Below, one piece after another: positions 1-9,770 of a DNA stretch of 64,000 nt. Origin of the DNA: Chitinophagales bacterium (GTDB lineage Bacteria; Bacteroidota; Bacteroidia; Chitinophagales; JADJOU01). A program made the position numbers and the translations under genes. Location of the stretch: positions 75,317 through 139,316 of the forward strand of contig JBIPPB010000001.1 in assembly GCA_044368655.1 (NCBI GenBank), written 5' to 3'. Each line of letters begins with the position of its first letter. Within the stretch, counting starts at the first letter, position 1. The notes beneath the pieces are model-generated. The model did not search any database. It was not told where the DNA came from and saw only the letters and a list, made by a program, of their open reading frames with translations.

Positions 1-926
1 GCTAATGATTTTGGATTTTGTGGGTTAAATTGATTAACAATTTCGGCCCATAAAACACGACCTGCTCGCATTTTGGCAATTTCCATAAAAAAATTCATAC
101 CAATTCCCCAAAAGAAAGAAAGTCTTGGCGCAAAAGCATCAATTGATAAACCCGCGTCAATTCCTTTTCTTAAATATTCTAATCCATCCGAAAGCGTATA
201 AGCCAATTCAATATCCGCACTTCCTCCAGCCTCTTGTATATGATAGCCCGAAATACTTATCGAATTAAATTTTGGCATTTTTTCGGCGGTGTATTTAAAA
301 ACATCCGCAATAATTCGCATACTTGGTTTAGGTGGATAAATGTAGGTATTTCGAACCATAAATTCTTTCAAAATATCATTTTGAATCGTTCCTGACAATT
401 TTTCTACGGACACTCCCTGCTCTTCGGCAGCCACAATATAAAATGCCATTATTGGTATAACCGCACCATTCATCGTCATCGATACACTCATCTGATCTAA
501 AGGAATTTGATCAAACAATATTTTCATATCTTCAACCGAATCAATTGCTACACCTGCCATACCCACATCACCAACAACACGAGGATGGTCACTGTCATAA
601 CCTCGATGAGTCGCTAAATCAAACGCTACGGAAAGTCCTTTTTGACCTGCAGCTAGATTTTTTCGATAAAACGCATTGGATTTTTCTGCCGTACTAAAAC
701 CCGCATATTGACGAATGGTCCATGGTTTGCTTATATACATACTTGAATAAGGACCTCTTAAAAAAGGAGGAATTCCAGAACCAAAACCCATGTGTTTTGA
801 AGTATTTAAATCGGATTCTTCAATTTTATTGTATGCTTTAATCCCTTCAACAAATGTTGTTTTCTCTTGTTTTAAATTTGACGTATTCGATTTATATAAT
901 TGACTTAACGGAATTTCTTGTAACAT
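1..926 (-). CDS. methylmalonyl-CoA mutase family protein (N-terminal ~308 aa; gene runs off the left window edge)
   Basis: Own translation of the minus strand from the ATG at 926-924 gives [12 protein letters not shown]...[84 protein letters not shown]. This is the conserved substrate-barrel block of B12-dependent acyl-CoA mutases. The frame stays open to position 1, and the gene is absent from the ORF track only because it is truncated. Confidence 0.85.
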   Translation of the reverse strand, partial: MLQEIPLSQLYKSNTSNLKQEKTTFVEGIKAYNKIEESDLNTSKHMGFGSGIPPFLRGPYSSMYISKPWTIRQYAGFSTAEKSNAFYRKNLAAGQKGLSVAFDLATHRGYDSDHPRVVGDVGMAGVAIDSVEDMKILFDQIPLDQMSVSMTMNGAVIPIMAFYIVAAEEQGVSVEKLSGTIQNDILKEFMVRNTYIYPPKPSMRIIADVFKYTAEKMPKFNSISISGYHIQEAGGSADIELAYTLSDGLEYLRKGIDAGLSIDAFAPRLSFFWGIGMNFFMEIAKMRAGRVLWAEIVNQFNPQNPKSL

Positions 927-947
927 ATATATTTTTTTCTATTAAAT

Positions 948-1826
948 CTAACTGCCTTTAACGTTTTTTACTATTTGTTCTATCATGTCCCATTGACTGC
1001 TATCAATTTGATTTAATAAATTAAATTGACCCGCACCTTGAAGCCATTCACCGCCATCGATTGTAACACATTCTCCATTAACATAGTCTGAAAAATCAGA
1101 AACTAAATATGCGGCCAAATTGGCTAATTCTTGATGATCACCAACGCGCTTTAATGGATTGCGAGCACCTAAGTCAAATTTTTTAGCCATTTCTCCTGGT
1201 AATAAACGATCCCATGCACCCTTTGTAGGAAATGGACCGGGAGCTATAGCATTAAACCAAATATTATATTTAGCCCATTCTACAGCCAAACTTCTTGTCA
1301 TAGCTAAAACGCCTGCTTTAGCCGTTGCCGAAGGAACTACGAATGCACTTCCTGTTTCGGCATACGTTGTTACGATATTAAGCACCTTTGCTTTTGTTTG
1401 TTTATTATTTATCCAATGTTTGGCCAATTCCATAGTACAATTTACCGTACCTTTTAAAACAATATCAATAATAACCCCAAACGCTCGAGCGCTTAATCGT
1501 TCGGTAGGACTAATAAAATTTCCTGCTGCATTATTGATCAAAATATCAATTTGACCAAATTTTTGAATGGCAGTATCGACCATTTGAGTTATCTGAAGAT
1601 GTTCGCGAACATCACAAGCAATAGGAAAACAAACGCCTCCCGTTTCTGCCTCTAATTCTTTAGACGTATTTTCTAAAACATCCATTTTTCTACTCGTAAT
1701 AACGACTTTGGCACCCAATTCCATAAGATACTTCGCCATTGCTTTACCAAGCCCTGTTCCTCCTCCAGTAATAATTGCCGTTTTTCCAGCAAAAGCATTT
1801 TCTTTAAACATTCCTGTGTGTTGCAT
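948..1826 (-). CDS. SDR family oxidoreductase, 2,4-dienoyl-CoA reductase-like
   Basis: Has the Rossmann motif TGGGTGLG, NNAAGNF, and SATAKAGV in place of the classical YxxxK, as in the DECR-type SDR subgroup. 292 aa. Confidence 0.75.
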   Translation of the reverse strand: MQHTGMFKENAFAGKTAIITGGGTGLGKAMAKYLMELGAKVVITSRKMDVLENTSKELEAETGGVCFPIACDVREHLQITQMVDTAIQKFGQIDILINNAAGNFISPTERLSARAFGVIIDIVLKGTVNCTMELAKHWINNKQTKAKVLNIVTTYAETGSAFVVPSATAKAGVLAMTRSLAVEWAKYNIWFNAIAPGPFPTKGAWDRLLPGEMAKKFDLGARNPLKRVGDHQELANLAAYLVSDFSDYVNGECVTIDGGEWLQGAGQFNLLNQIDSSQWDMIEQIVKNVKGS

Positions 1827-1843
1827 ATCTATTAATTTTTAAA

Positions 1844-2542
1844 TTATAATGGTATTGTTACGGTTTTATATATTGCTATATAATGGAAGAAGCTTGCAAC
1901 TAAAACAAATATATGCCACAAGAAATGGGTATATTTCAAATTTTTACGCATATAAAAAGGAACGCCTATTAGATACGTTACTCCACCAAGTAATACGTAT
2001 ATAAAAATATTATGAGGCATGTCTTTAATTATTGGCTTAATAATGAATAAAACCATCGAACCTAAAAAAACATATAAAAAGACCGAGAAAAGACGAAATC
2101 TTCCCATAAAAAAATATTTCATGACAATTCCACCAATCAAAATAGTCCAAAGAATGGTTAAAAATATAGTTCCGAGAGGCTCTGAAATATATTTATTAAC
2201 TAATGGCGTATAAGTGCCTCCAATCAATAAAAAAATGGCCATGTGGTCTAACGTTCTAAATTTTGTTTTTAGTTCTTTGTTTTCAATAAAATGATACATA
2301 CTTGAAGTAGCATATACCGCAATCAAACCCACTGAAAAAATAACCAAACCTGCGATATTAACTTTTGATGGATTTTGAATTGCTGTAAAAATAAGATAAG
2401 GGCAACAAAAAATATACAATAAAAGCCCAAAAAAATGGCTCCCAAAATTTAACTTTTCTTCAAAAGGCGTATATTGGCTCAATGTGTTATTTTTAAAAAA
2501 CAAAGATAGTATTTTTTTAATTAGAAACTTATAAAAAAGCAA
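1844..2542 (-). CDS. hemolysin III / PAQR family membrane protein
   Basis: Seven hydrophobic segments. Contains the family motifs EEKLNFGSH, DHMAIFLLIGGTYTP and HFLWHIFVL. Confidence 0.75.
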   Translation of the reverse strand: MLFYKFLIKKILSLFFKNNTLSQYTPFEEKLNFGSHFFGLLLYIFCCPYLIFTAIQNPSKVNIAGLVIFSVGLIAVYATSSMYHFIENKELKTKFRTLDHMAIFLLIGGTYTPLVNKYISEPLGTIFLTILWTILIGGIVMKYFFMGRFRLFSVFLYVFLGSMVLFIIKPIIKDMPHNIFIYVLLGGVTYLIGVPFYMRKNLKYTHFLWHIFVLVASFFHYIAIYKTVTIPL

Positions 2543-2572
2543 GCTTTTTTTGAGTTTTTAAAAGGAATTCGT

Positions 2573-2580
2573 TATTTTTG
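2573..2580 (+). promoter_or_regulatory. candidate Bacteroidota -7 promoter box (TATTTTTG) for pfkA
   Basis: Matches TAnnTTTG and lies 15 nt upstream of the ATG at 2596. A TTG at 2550-2552 sits 20 nt upstream, giving a TTG-N20-TAnnTTTG layout. Confidence 0.5.
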
Positions 2581-2595
2581 TGAAAATACATTAAT

Positions 2596-3576
2596 ATGAA
2601 AAAAATAACTCGAGTTGGCGTTCTAACAAGTGGTGGGGATTCACCTGGAATGAATGCAGCGATTCGTTCCGTATTTAAAACGTGTAAGCACTATAATATC
2701 GAATGTTTTGGAATACGAAGAGGCTATCAGGGGCTCATCGAAAATGACATTTTTGAACTCAAGCCAAGTGATGTAAAACAGATTATTCATTTGGGCGGCA
2801 CTATCATCAAATCCGCTCGATCCAAAGAATTTATGTCCCTTGAAGGGCGTCAAAAAGCATTCAAAAATCTTGAGTTAAATCATATTGACGCTTTAGTCGT
2901 AATCGGTGGTGATGGTACATTTACAGGTGCTATGTATTTTGAAAAAGAGTTTGGAATACCAATTATTGGAGCTCCTGGCACGATAGATAATGATATTTAT
3001 GGATCAGATAGCACTATTGGATATGACACAGCACTCAATACGGCAATGGAAGCTATTGATAAATTACGAGATACCGCAACGTCGCACGAAAGACTTTTTT
3101 TTGTAGAAGTTATGGGTAGAGATGCGGGTTATATCGCACTCAATAGCGGCATTGCTTCGGGAGCAATTGAAATTCTAATTCCTGAAACGAAATACAATAT
3201 GGATTTGTTTTTTGAAAACCTAAGAAAAGGGGCTGAAAATGGTAAAATTTCAAATATTGTCGTTGTGGCCGAAGGAGAAAAAGACACCACAATATATGAA
3301 TTGGCAGAGGCGACTAAAAAAGCATTTCCGCTTTATGAACCTAAAATAACCATTTTAGGACATATTCAAAGAGGCGGATCACCAACGTGTTCGGATCGAG
3401 TGATTGCGAGTAGAATGGGCGTTGCGGCCGTTGAAGGTTTGCTCGAAGGCAAATCTAGTGTTATGGCAGGTATCAAAGCGAATCAAATTGTTTACACTTC
3501 TTTTGAAGAAGCCGTTAAAAAACGCGAACAACTAGAACCTCATCTAATAAAAACGGCAAGTATTTTAGCTATTTAG
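2596..3576 (+). CDS. pfkA: ATP-dependent 6-phosphofructokinase
   Basis: Contains GVLTSGGDSPGMNAAIR, IGGDGT, PGTIDND and MGRDAGYIAL, the full-length PfkA signature motifs. Confidence 0.95.
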   Translation: MKKITRVGVLTSGGDSPGMNAAIRSVFKTCKHYNIECFGIRRGYQGLIENDIFELKPSDVKQIIHLGGTIIKSARSKEFMSLEGRQKAFKNLELNHIDALVVIGGDGTFTGAMYFEKEFGIPIIGAPGTIDNDIYGSDSTIGYDTALNTAMEAIDKLRDTATSHERLFFVEVMGRDAGYIALNSGIASGAIEILIPETKYNMDLFFENLRKGAENGKISNIVVVAEGEKDTTIYELAEATKKAFPLYEPKITILGHIQRGGSPTCSDRVIASRMGVAAVEGLLEGKSSVMAGIKANQIVYTSFEEAVKKREQLEPHLIKTASILAI

Positions 3577-3762
3577 ATTTTCATTTTTTGATTGTTCTTG
3601 CTTAAATAATTTTAAAAAATATATCCCAGCAAGCCCGCAAATAATGGTTAATAAAAATTTTGGTGAAAATCCAGTTCGAACTAACTGATAAAAAGCAACT
3701 AAAAAAATGCAAATTACTGCAAATGCCCAGTAATAAAAAATGACCGTTTTAAATCGTCCCAT
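3565..3762 (-). CDS. small two-TM membrane protein (hypothetical)
   Basis: 65-aa ORF with two clear hydrophobic helices. Convergent with pfkA, with a 12-nt overlap. No recognisable family. Confidence 0.4.
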   Translation of the reverse strand: MGRFKTVIFYYWAFAVICIFLVAFYQLVRTGFSPKFLLTIICGLAGIYFLKLFKQEQSKNENLNS

Positions 3763-3859
3763 AATTATAAATATTTAGGACAAATTTAAACAAAATTTAA
3801 TATTGTTTATCCGATTAATTCATAACGACTTCTTTATATTTGCTACTTTTTTTAATCCT

Positions 3860-4342
3860 ATGAATCGCACATCACTTTTTTTAATTTTATTTGTTTTCAT
3901 TTTTGGTTGCAAAACAACCAAAAACAATTTTAATAAAAACCCGAGTCAAACTGTAAATATTGAAAATAAAGAACGTTTGAATGTAAAACCAGATATTGAG
4001 GGCTCTAAAAAAGAAGCTAAATCCTCAACGAAGGGAGTTTGTATTTTTAATATTTTTTTTGATGCCAAAGAAGAGTTTAGTATACATAACCGACCACGAA
4101 TTAAAGAAATTCAAAAAGTTTTAGAAGAAAATGTTTTTGAAAAAATAGAACTTTATGGCTTTACCTATCGGAAAAATGACATAAAGAAATCAAAAGAACG
4201 TATTGATAAAATTCATGAATTGCTTATGACTAAAAAGTTGTCGAATGCTACTATTGAGAAATATCCTAAAGGAAATACAATACAGAAATATAATTCTACA
4301 AAAGATGACCGCGTTGAGATTCGAATGATTCCAAAAAAATAA
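3860..4342 (+). CDS. hypothetical lipoprotein with a possible degenerate OmpA-like C-terminus
   Basis: Start moved to the internal ATG that gives the lipoprotein signal MNRTSLFLILFVFIFGC. The C-terminus (ELYGFTY...DDRVEIRMI) faintly resembles an OmpA C-terminal domain. Confidence 0.5.
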   Translation: MNRTSLFLILFVFIFGCKTTKNNFNKNPSQTVNIENKERLNVKPDIEGSKKEAKSSTKGVCIFNIFFDAKEEFSIHNRPRIKEIQKVLEENVFEKIELYGFTYRKNDIKKSKERIDKIHELLMTKKLSNATIEKYPKGNTIQKYNSTKDDRVEIRMIPKK

Positions 4343-4357
4343 ATTGATTGGACTTAA

Positions 4358-4948
4358 TTATTTTACATTCGTTACAATCATATTGCCTAAATTTAGCGTA
4401 ATCATTCCCACTGAGATTGCCAAAAGAATAACTCCAAAAAGTTTACGCATAACCATGAGAGCACTTTCAGAAATGCGATTTTGAATCAGATATAAATATC
4501 TTAAAACGATATAAACAATCAATATATTGATAATAATCGCTATCGTCATTTCGGCATACATAATTTGTGGCTTTAATGATAAAATTGTCGTTATGGTGCC
4601 CGCTCCCGAAATTAAGGGAAAGGCAACAGGAACAATCGTTGAAGCCTTTGATTTATTTTCTTGCTTTTTAATGATGTTTCGCCCCAAAATCATTTCCATA
4701 GCAAGTATAAATAAAATGATTCCTCCGGCTACCGCAAATGAAGATTGTGTTACACCTAAAAATGAAAGCAGACTTTCACCAAGAAACAATGCCAATAACA
4801 TTATAACTAATGAGGTGATCGAAGCTTTTTCGGCGTGAATAACACCATTATTTTTTCCAATATCAATTAATAAAGGTAAAACGCCAACAATGTCAATAAC
4901 GGTAAATAGCGTTACTGTAGCTTTTAATATGGATGCAAAATCTAACAT
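4358..4948 (-). CDS. MarC family (UPF0056) integral membrane protein
   Basis: 196 aa with about six TM segments. Has the N-terminal FTVIDIVGVLPL and central PLISGAGTITT blocks typical of MarC. Confidence 0.7.
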   Translation of the reverse strand: MLDFASILKATVTLFTVIDIVGVLPLLIDIGKNNGVIHAEKASITSLVIMLLALFLGESLLSFLGVTQSSFAVAGGIILFILAMEMILGRNIIKKQENKSKASTIVPVAFPLISGAGTITTILSLKPQIMYAEMTIAIIINILIVYIVLRYLYLIQNRISESALMVMRKLFGVILLAISVGMITLNLGNMIVTNVK

Positions 4949-4957
4949 AATTTGAAT

Positions 4958-5437
4958 TTAATAGTGAAATCGAATGGAATAAACGCCTTGATTTTTATTT
5001 TTAATAGGTTCCATATTTTTGTACTTTGAAAGCATTTTAATCACCTCATTTTTTAGAATCCCTTCGCCTTTTCCATGAATGATATCTAATTGATTAACTT
5101 TATTTTTTTGAGCTTCAATAATGGCTTCTTGCAATAGAATAAGTTGTTTTGATAAAACTTCATGGGGTTGGACTTTATATTGCTTAAAGTGAAGCGCATC
5201 AAAGTGCAAATCTACAGATTCTATTTTATATTCTTCTATAATTATTTGTGAATGAGGCTCTTTAGTCTCTATTTCCGAATAAATGTCTTTTGTTTTATGA
5301 ACCAAATCCCGTTCAAAATAATATTCTTCAAAACCATCGTTTAGTAGAACTAAAATTTTTGATTTTTCTATTCCGATGACCTTTCCTTCTATAGATTCAT
5401 CATTGGGTTTTACAACGTCGCCAATTTTAAACTTCAT
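4958..5437 (-). CDS. Smr (small MutS-related) domain protein
   Basis: The C-terminal block VDLHF...EAIIEA...[16 protein letters not shown] matches the Smr domain. Start placed at MKFKIGD, whose ATG overlaps the obg stop by 11 nt. Confidence 0.65.
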   Translation of the reverse strand: MKFKIGDVVKPNDESIEGKVIGIEKSKILVLLNDGFEEYYFERDLVHKTKDIYSEIETKEPHSQIIIEEYKIESVDLHFDALHFKQYKVQPHEVLSKQLILLQEAIIEAQKNKVNQLDIIHGKGEGILKNEVIKMLSKYKNMEPIKNKNQGVYSIRFHY

Positions 5438-6413
5438 TAAGTAACTTCCACAATTTATCTTTAAGCACATCAATATTTTTATTCATTATGGAAGAAATAA
5501 AAATAATAGGAATGTCTTTAAACTCTTTTTGATACCACGCTTCAATTTCTTCGTCAATCAAATCAGATTTTGAAATCGCTATCAAGCGCTTTTTATCTAA
5601 TAATTCAGGATTGTACTTTTCGAGTTCATGAATCAGAATTTCATATTCTTTTACAATATTTTCAGATGCAGCACTAATCATAAATAATAAAACCGCATTT
5701 CGTTCAATATGTCTTAAAAAACGATGTCCAAGACCTTTTCCTTCGGCTGCACCTTCAATAATACCTGGAATATCGGCCATACAAAAAGACAAACCATCGC
5801 GATAATTTACAATTCCTAATTGTGGCACTAATGTGGTAAACGGATAATCCGCTATTTCTGGTTTTGCTGCCGAAACCACCGAAAGTAATGTAGATTTTCC
5901 CGCATTAGGAAAACCAACCAAACCAACGTCCGCCAATACTTTTAACTCAAAAATAACCCAACCTTCCAAACATCCCTCGCCCGGCTGAGCATACTCTGGT
6001 GCTTGATTTGTAGCTGTTTTAAAATTATGATTTCCAAGTCCACCGCGTCCGCCTCTAAATAAAATACATTCTTGATTTGGCTCCGTAAGTTCTATTAAAA
6101 CCTCTCGAGTTTCCGCATCTTTTATAACTGTTCCTAAAGGCACTTCTAATACAATATCTTCACCATTGGCTCCCGAACTTAATGCTCCCGAACCGTTTGT
6201 TCCGTCTTGAGCATGAATATGTTTTTTATATTTTAAATGCAACAAGGTCCACATTTGAGGATTGGTTCTTACAATTATATGAGCGCCCCGACCGCCGTTG
6301 CCGCCGTCAGGTCCGCCATTTGGAATAAACTTCTCCCTTCGAAAATGACTACTTCCAGCGCCACCTTTTCCACTTCTACAAAAAATCTTTACGTAATCAA
6401 TAAAATTTGCCAT
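5427..6413 (-). CDS. obg: GTPase ObgE/CgtA
   Basis: Starts [29 protein letters not shown] (Obg fold). G-domain motifs GFPNAGKST and DIPGIIEGA are present. Start taken at the internal ATG at 6413. Confidence 0.93.
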   Translation of the reverse strand: MANFIDYVKIFCRSGKGGAGSSHFRREKFIPNGGPDGGNGGRGAHIIVRTNPQMWTLLHLKYKKHIHAQDGTNGSGALSSGANGEDIVLEVPLGTVIKDAETREVLIELTEPNQECILFRGGRGGLGNHNFKTATNQAPEYAQPGEGCLEGWVIFELKVLADVGLVGFPNAGKSTLLSVVSAAKPEIADYPFTTLVPQLGIVNYRDGLSFCMADIPGIIEGAAEGKGLGHRFLRHIERNAVLLFMISAASENIVKEYEILIHELEKYNPELLDKKRLIAISKSDLIDEEIEAWYQKEFKDIPIIFISSIMNKNIDVLKDKLWKLLNEV

Positions 6414-6487
6414 CTTCTCTTTTTTATTAAAACAAAAACCAAAATGCAATTGCATTTTGGTTTAAAGTCTTTATTTATAAATAATTT

Positions 6488-9400
6488 CTAACGAAATTGT
6501 CTTTGTTGTAATGCCTGGTTTAAAACCGTTTCATAATTCGTCATTTTCGTTTTAGCTTTTGTAGCTAAATCATTCATGCCTTCTTTAGAAGCAATTTCTA
6601 CCACCGTATTCAGCATCGATAAATTATTTCCTACTTCTTCGGTATATGGATTTACTTTTTTAATGTTTTTTGAATTGGTTACCCAGTCTAAAACAGCCGT
6701 AGAATTCTTATACATTTCCTCACTGATCATCTTTATCATCTTGGTGTTTTTTGCAATAGATGCCGCTTGAAGAACCAATCCATCGTATCGATCAATGCGC
6801 ATTTTTTCTTTTGGCATTTTTTGATACAACATTTCCATAACTTTATTTGCAGAATCTATTTTGCCCATTACCGCAAGATTTATAGCTAACGCCGCTACAG
6901 ATTGTTTGATATTGATATAACTTTTAAATGTATTTTCATCCATTAAAATATCTTTTTCAATACCTCCAAAATCAAATTTTTGAACCAATTCGTATGTTTT
7001 CTCAACATCCATTGCATCCAATCCATTAACCAACGGTTTTGAAAATGGATTAAAGACATTAATCATTCCTACAGATTGAAGATATGGAGAAATTCCTAAA
7101 TCTTTAGGACCGTATGAATTGATAAAACAAATTGGACGATCTTGGAAATATCTATTTATTAACTGCAACTGAATAAGTCCTCCTTTAGAAAGCCCTTGTG
7201 GCAAAGTAACCGGAATTCGATTGCTGGATATATTCGCCATTTCTTGAGTAATATATCCAGCTTTAACCGCTTTGGACAAATCGGCTTCAAAATATGTTTT
7301 TGTAGTTGGTAAATAATTTTCTTGAGTTCCGTCGCCATAAGTTACTTTAGCGGCAGGATCATCACTCGTAACAATACTTACAATTTGACTAAAACTTAAT
7401 GTAGAATCTAAAAATGGAGATCCCGAAGCTCTTAAATATTGTCTTTTATCTCCATTGACCAATTCAAAATCAAAGCCCAATTCCACGCTTGGATTATCGT
7501 TCATTGGTAATAATAACTGAGAAATATAAGGCGCGCCGTCTATTAAACTTGTATTGACTACACGAACGTCCGGCCTAACGTTTTCAATTTCTTGCGCATA
7601 CCAAAGTGGATACGTATCGTTGTCGCCATACGCAAAAAGAATAGCATCCTTTGGACATGAGTTCAACACATTTTTGGCAAATGCCAAAGTAGATGTTCTG
7701 TTGCCTCTATTATGATCGTCCCAACCTTGAGAACCCATTAAAAATGGAGCGATAGCGGTTATTAATAATGCTAAATACATCGCATTATTTTTTAACGCTT
7801 TTTTAAATAATTCGAAAATAAAATACGTTCCAAAAGGAATCCAAAGTGCAAAAGCCCAAAATGATGGAGCGGTTACATAATCTCGTTCTCTTGGCTCGAT
7901 TGGTGGCTGATTATGAAATAGAATTTGCATAACGCCTGTAGCAAAAAACAGCATTAAAATATAGAAAAAGGTTTCTCTATTTCTTTTGTAATTGTAATAT
8001 GCTCCCAATAAACAAAGCAATAATGGAATCATATAAAAACGATTCAACGCTTTATTTTCAGTTAATATTTCGGGTTTGTCGGATTGATCTAAATTTGCAT
8101 TTCCCCAAAAAGTTCCTGCAAGATTGTCAATTATATTAATGCCCGATATCCATCTTCCTTTATCATTACTTGGTGTACCTTGAAAATCATCCGTTCTTCC
8201 TGCAAAATTCCATAATAAATATCTAAAATACATATAGCCCACTTGGAAATTCACAAAGAATGAAATATTATCTGAAAAAGAAACATCATCTTTTACTACA
8301 TACTGACCTGGCTGACCTTTTTGATTTAACTGTTGCGCATATTGTTCGGCCTGTTCGGCCTGACCCGCAGGAAATTTTTGAACTTCTTGATTCGTTGCTC
8401 TATCAATTATTTTAAAAGCAGGGTTGATCCAAGTTCTGTAGAATGATTTTTTATCATCCCCTTCATGTCCCAATCGTGGAAAGAACTTTTTCACTTTAGA
8501 GTCATACTCATAGGCTCTAATTTTTCCAACTTCTTCATATCGGCCGGTTTTTGTATTTTTTTCATAGGTTGTTCCTTTATCTATAGTTTTCGTAATCAAA
8601 GATGGATCACCTACATCTGGATAATGAGGCCCTCTAAATAAAGGTCTTTCTCCATACTGTTCACGAGCAATATACGATTTTAAGGTCAAAAAATTATTCG
8701 GCACATTCATATTGATTGGAGGATTGGTATTGGCACGAATAACCACCATAAAATAACTGGTAAAACCAAAATATAGAAATGCAATAAAAAGCAAAACCGT
8801 ATTCAAAGAAATTTTAAATAGATCTTCTCTCCATCCTAAAAATCTTGGATTGTCATGCGATTTTTTAATTAAAAAAGCAAATAGGAATATAATTAAAAAT
8901 ATTCCGAAAATAGATCCTGAATAAAAAGGTAAATGGAATGAATTAACAAACATCAAATCTAATTTTCCTAAGAAATTTGGCGTTTGAATCAAAACAAAAT
9001 TCATTACAAACTGAATAAAAACAATAGAAAGTACAAAGCTTATAAATGCGCCTAACCATGTAAATTTAAATTTATCAAAATAGATAATTAAGCCTATCAA
9101 TGGAAAAACTAATAAAGAAAGTAAGTGAACACCAATACTCATTCCCGTAAATAGTGCAATCAAAAGCAACCACATATCTCTTTTTGAAGACTTGTCTTCT
9201 TTCCATTTTAAAATAGCCCAAACGTTGAATGACATAAAAAATACTGAAAAAGCGTAAACTTCGCCTTCAATAGCATTAAACCACATGGAATCAAGAAACG
9301 TAGCCGCTAAAGCAGCTAAAAATGAAGATCCTAAGATATAAAATTTAGTAATACCTTCTGGTTCTTCGCCTTTTGTAAATGCCATTTTTAAAATAATTGT

Positions 9401-9691
9401 AGCACTCCAAAAGAAAAACAAACTACAAAATGCGGTACTAGTGGCACTTAAAAAGTTAATACTCATGGCTACTTTGCTAATATCACCAAATGATAAAAGC
9501 GAAAATATTTTACCTACTAACATAAAAAAGGGCGCTCCTGGAGGGTGCGCTACTTGCAATTTATAAGTACAACTTAAAAACTCACCACAATCCCAAAGAC
9601 TTCCCGTTTTTTCCATTGTAATTGTATAAGTAGCTAATGCTATAAAAAATACAATCCATCCTAAAACTGTATTTAACTTTTTAAATTCCAT
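6488..9691 (-). CDS. DUF2723-type large membrane protein (PMT/GT-C-like glycosyltransferase fold)
   Basis: Has the N-terminal GSLWDCGEF...AHPPGAPFF motif and more than 10 hydrophobic helices, followed by a long soluble C-terminal half. 1067 aa, a typical Bacteroidota architecture. Confidence 0.7.
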   Translation of the reverse strand: MEFKKLNTVLGWIVFFIALATYTITMEKTGSLWDCGEFLSCTYKLQVAHPPGAPFFMLVGKIFSLLSFGDISKVAMSINFLSATSTAFCSLFFFWSATIILKMAFTKGEEPEGITKFYILGSSFLAALAATFLDSMWFNAIEGEVYAFSVFFMSFNVWAILKWKEDKSSKRDMWLLLIALFTGMSIGVHLLSLLVFPLIGLIIYFDKFKFTWLGAFISFVLSIVFIQFVMNFVLIQTPNFLGKLDLMFVNSFHLPFYSGSIFGIFLIIFLFAFLIKKSHDNPRFLGWREDLFKISLNTVLLFIAFLYFGFTSYFMVVIRANTNPPINMNVPNNFLTLKSYIAREQYGERPLFRGPHYPDVGDPSLITKTIDKGTTYEKNTKTGRYEEVGKIRAYEYDSKVKKFFPRLGHEGDDKKSFYRTWINPAFKIIDRATNQEVQKFPAGQAEQAEQYAQQLNQKGQPGQYVVKDDVSFSDNISFFVNFQVGYMYFRYLLWNFAGRTDDFQGTPSNDKGRWISGINIIDNLAGTFWGNANLDQSDKPEILTENKALNRFYMIPLLLCLLGAYYNYKRNRETFFYILMLFFATGVMQILFHNQPPIEPRERDYVTAPSFWAFALWIPFGTYFIFELFKKALKNNAMYLALLITAIAPFLMGSQGWDDHNRGNRTSTLAFAKNVLNSCPKDAILFAYGDNDTYPLWYAQEIENVRPDVRVVNTSLIDGAPYISQLLLPMNDNPSVELGFDFELVNGDKRQYLRASGSPFLDSTLSFSQIVSIVTSDDPAAKVTYGDGTQENYLPTTKTYFEADLSKAVKAGYITQEMANISSNRIPVTLPQGLSKGGLIQLQLINRYFQDRPICFINSYGPKDLGISPYLQSVGMINVFNPFSKPLVNGLDAMDVEKTYELVQKFDFGGIEKDILMDENTFKSYINIKQSVAALAINLAVMGKIDSANKVMEMLYQKMPKEKMRIDRYDGLVLQAASIAKNTKMIKMISEEMYKNSTAVLDWVTNSKNIKKVNPYTEEVGNNLSMLNTVVEIASKEGMNDLATKAKTKMTNYETVLNQALQQRQFR

Positions 9692-9770
9692 AATTATTTT
9701 TTTTGAATAGTTGACAAAGTTATAAATATTTTAATAATAGTTTCAAAATTTGATTTAACGAGCTTAAAAT

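Noticed and set aside
1159-1554. 131-aa ORF antisense to the SDR gene. Similar antisense ORFs lie at 2019-2213, 2641-2853, 4527-4838, 6237-6491 and 6576-6770.
   Set aside because: Each is fully embedded opposite a strongly supported conserved gene. They have low-complexity or hydrophobic composition typical of shadow ORFs in AT-rich DNA, and no motif support.
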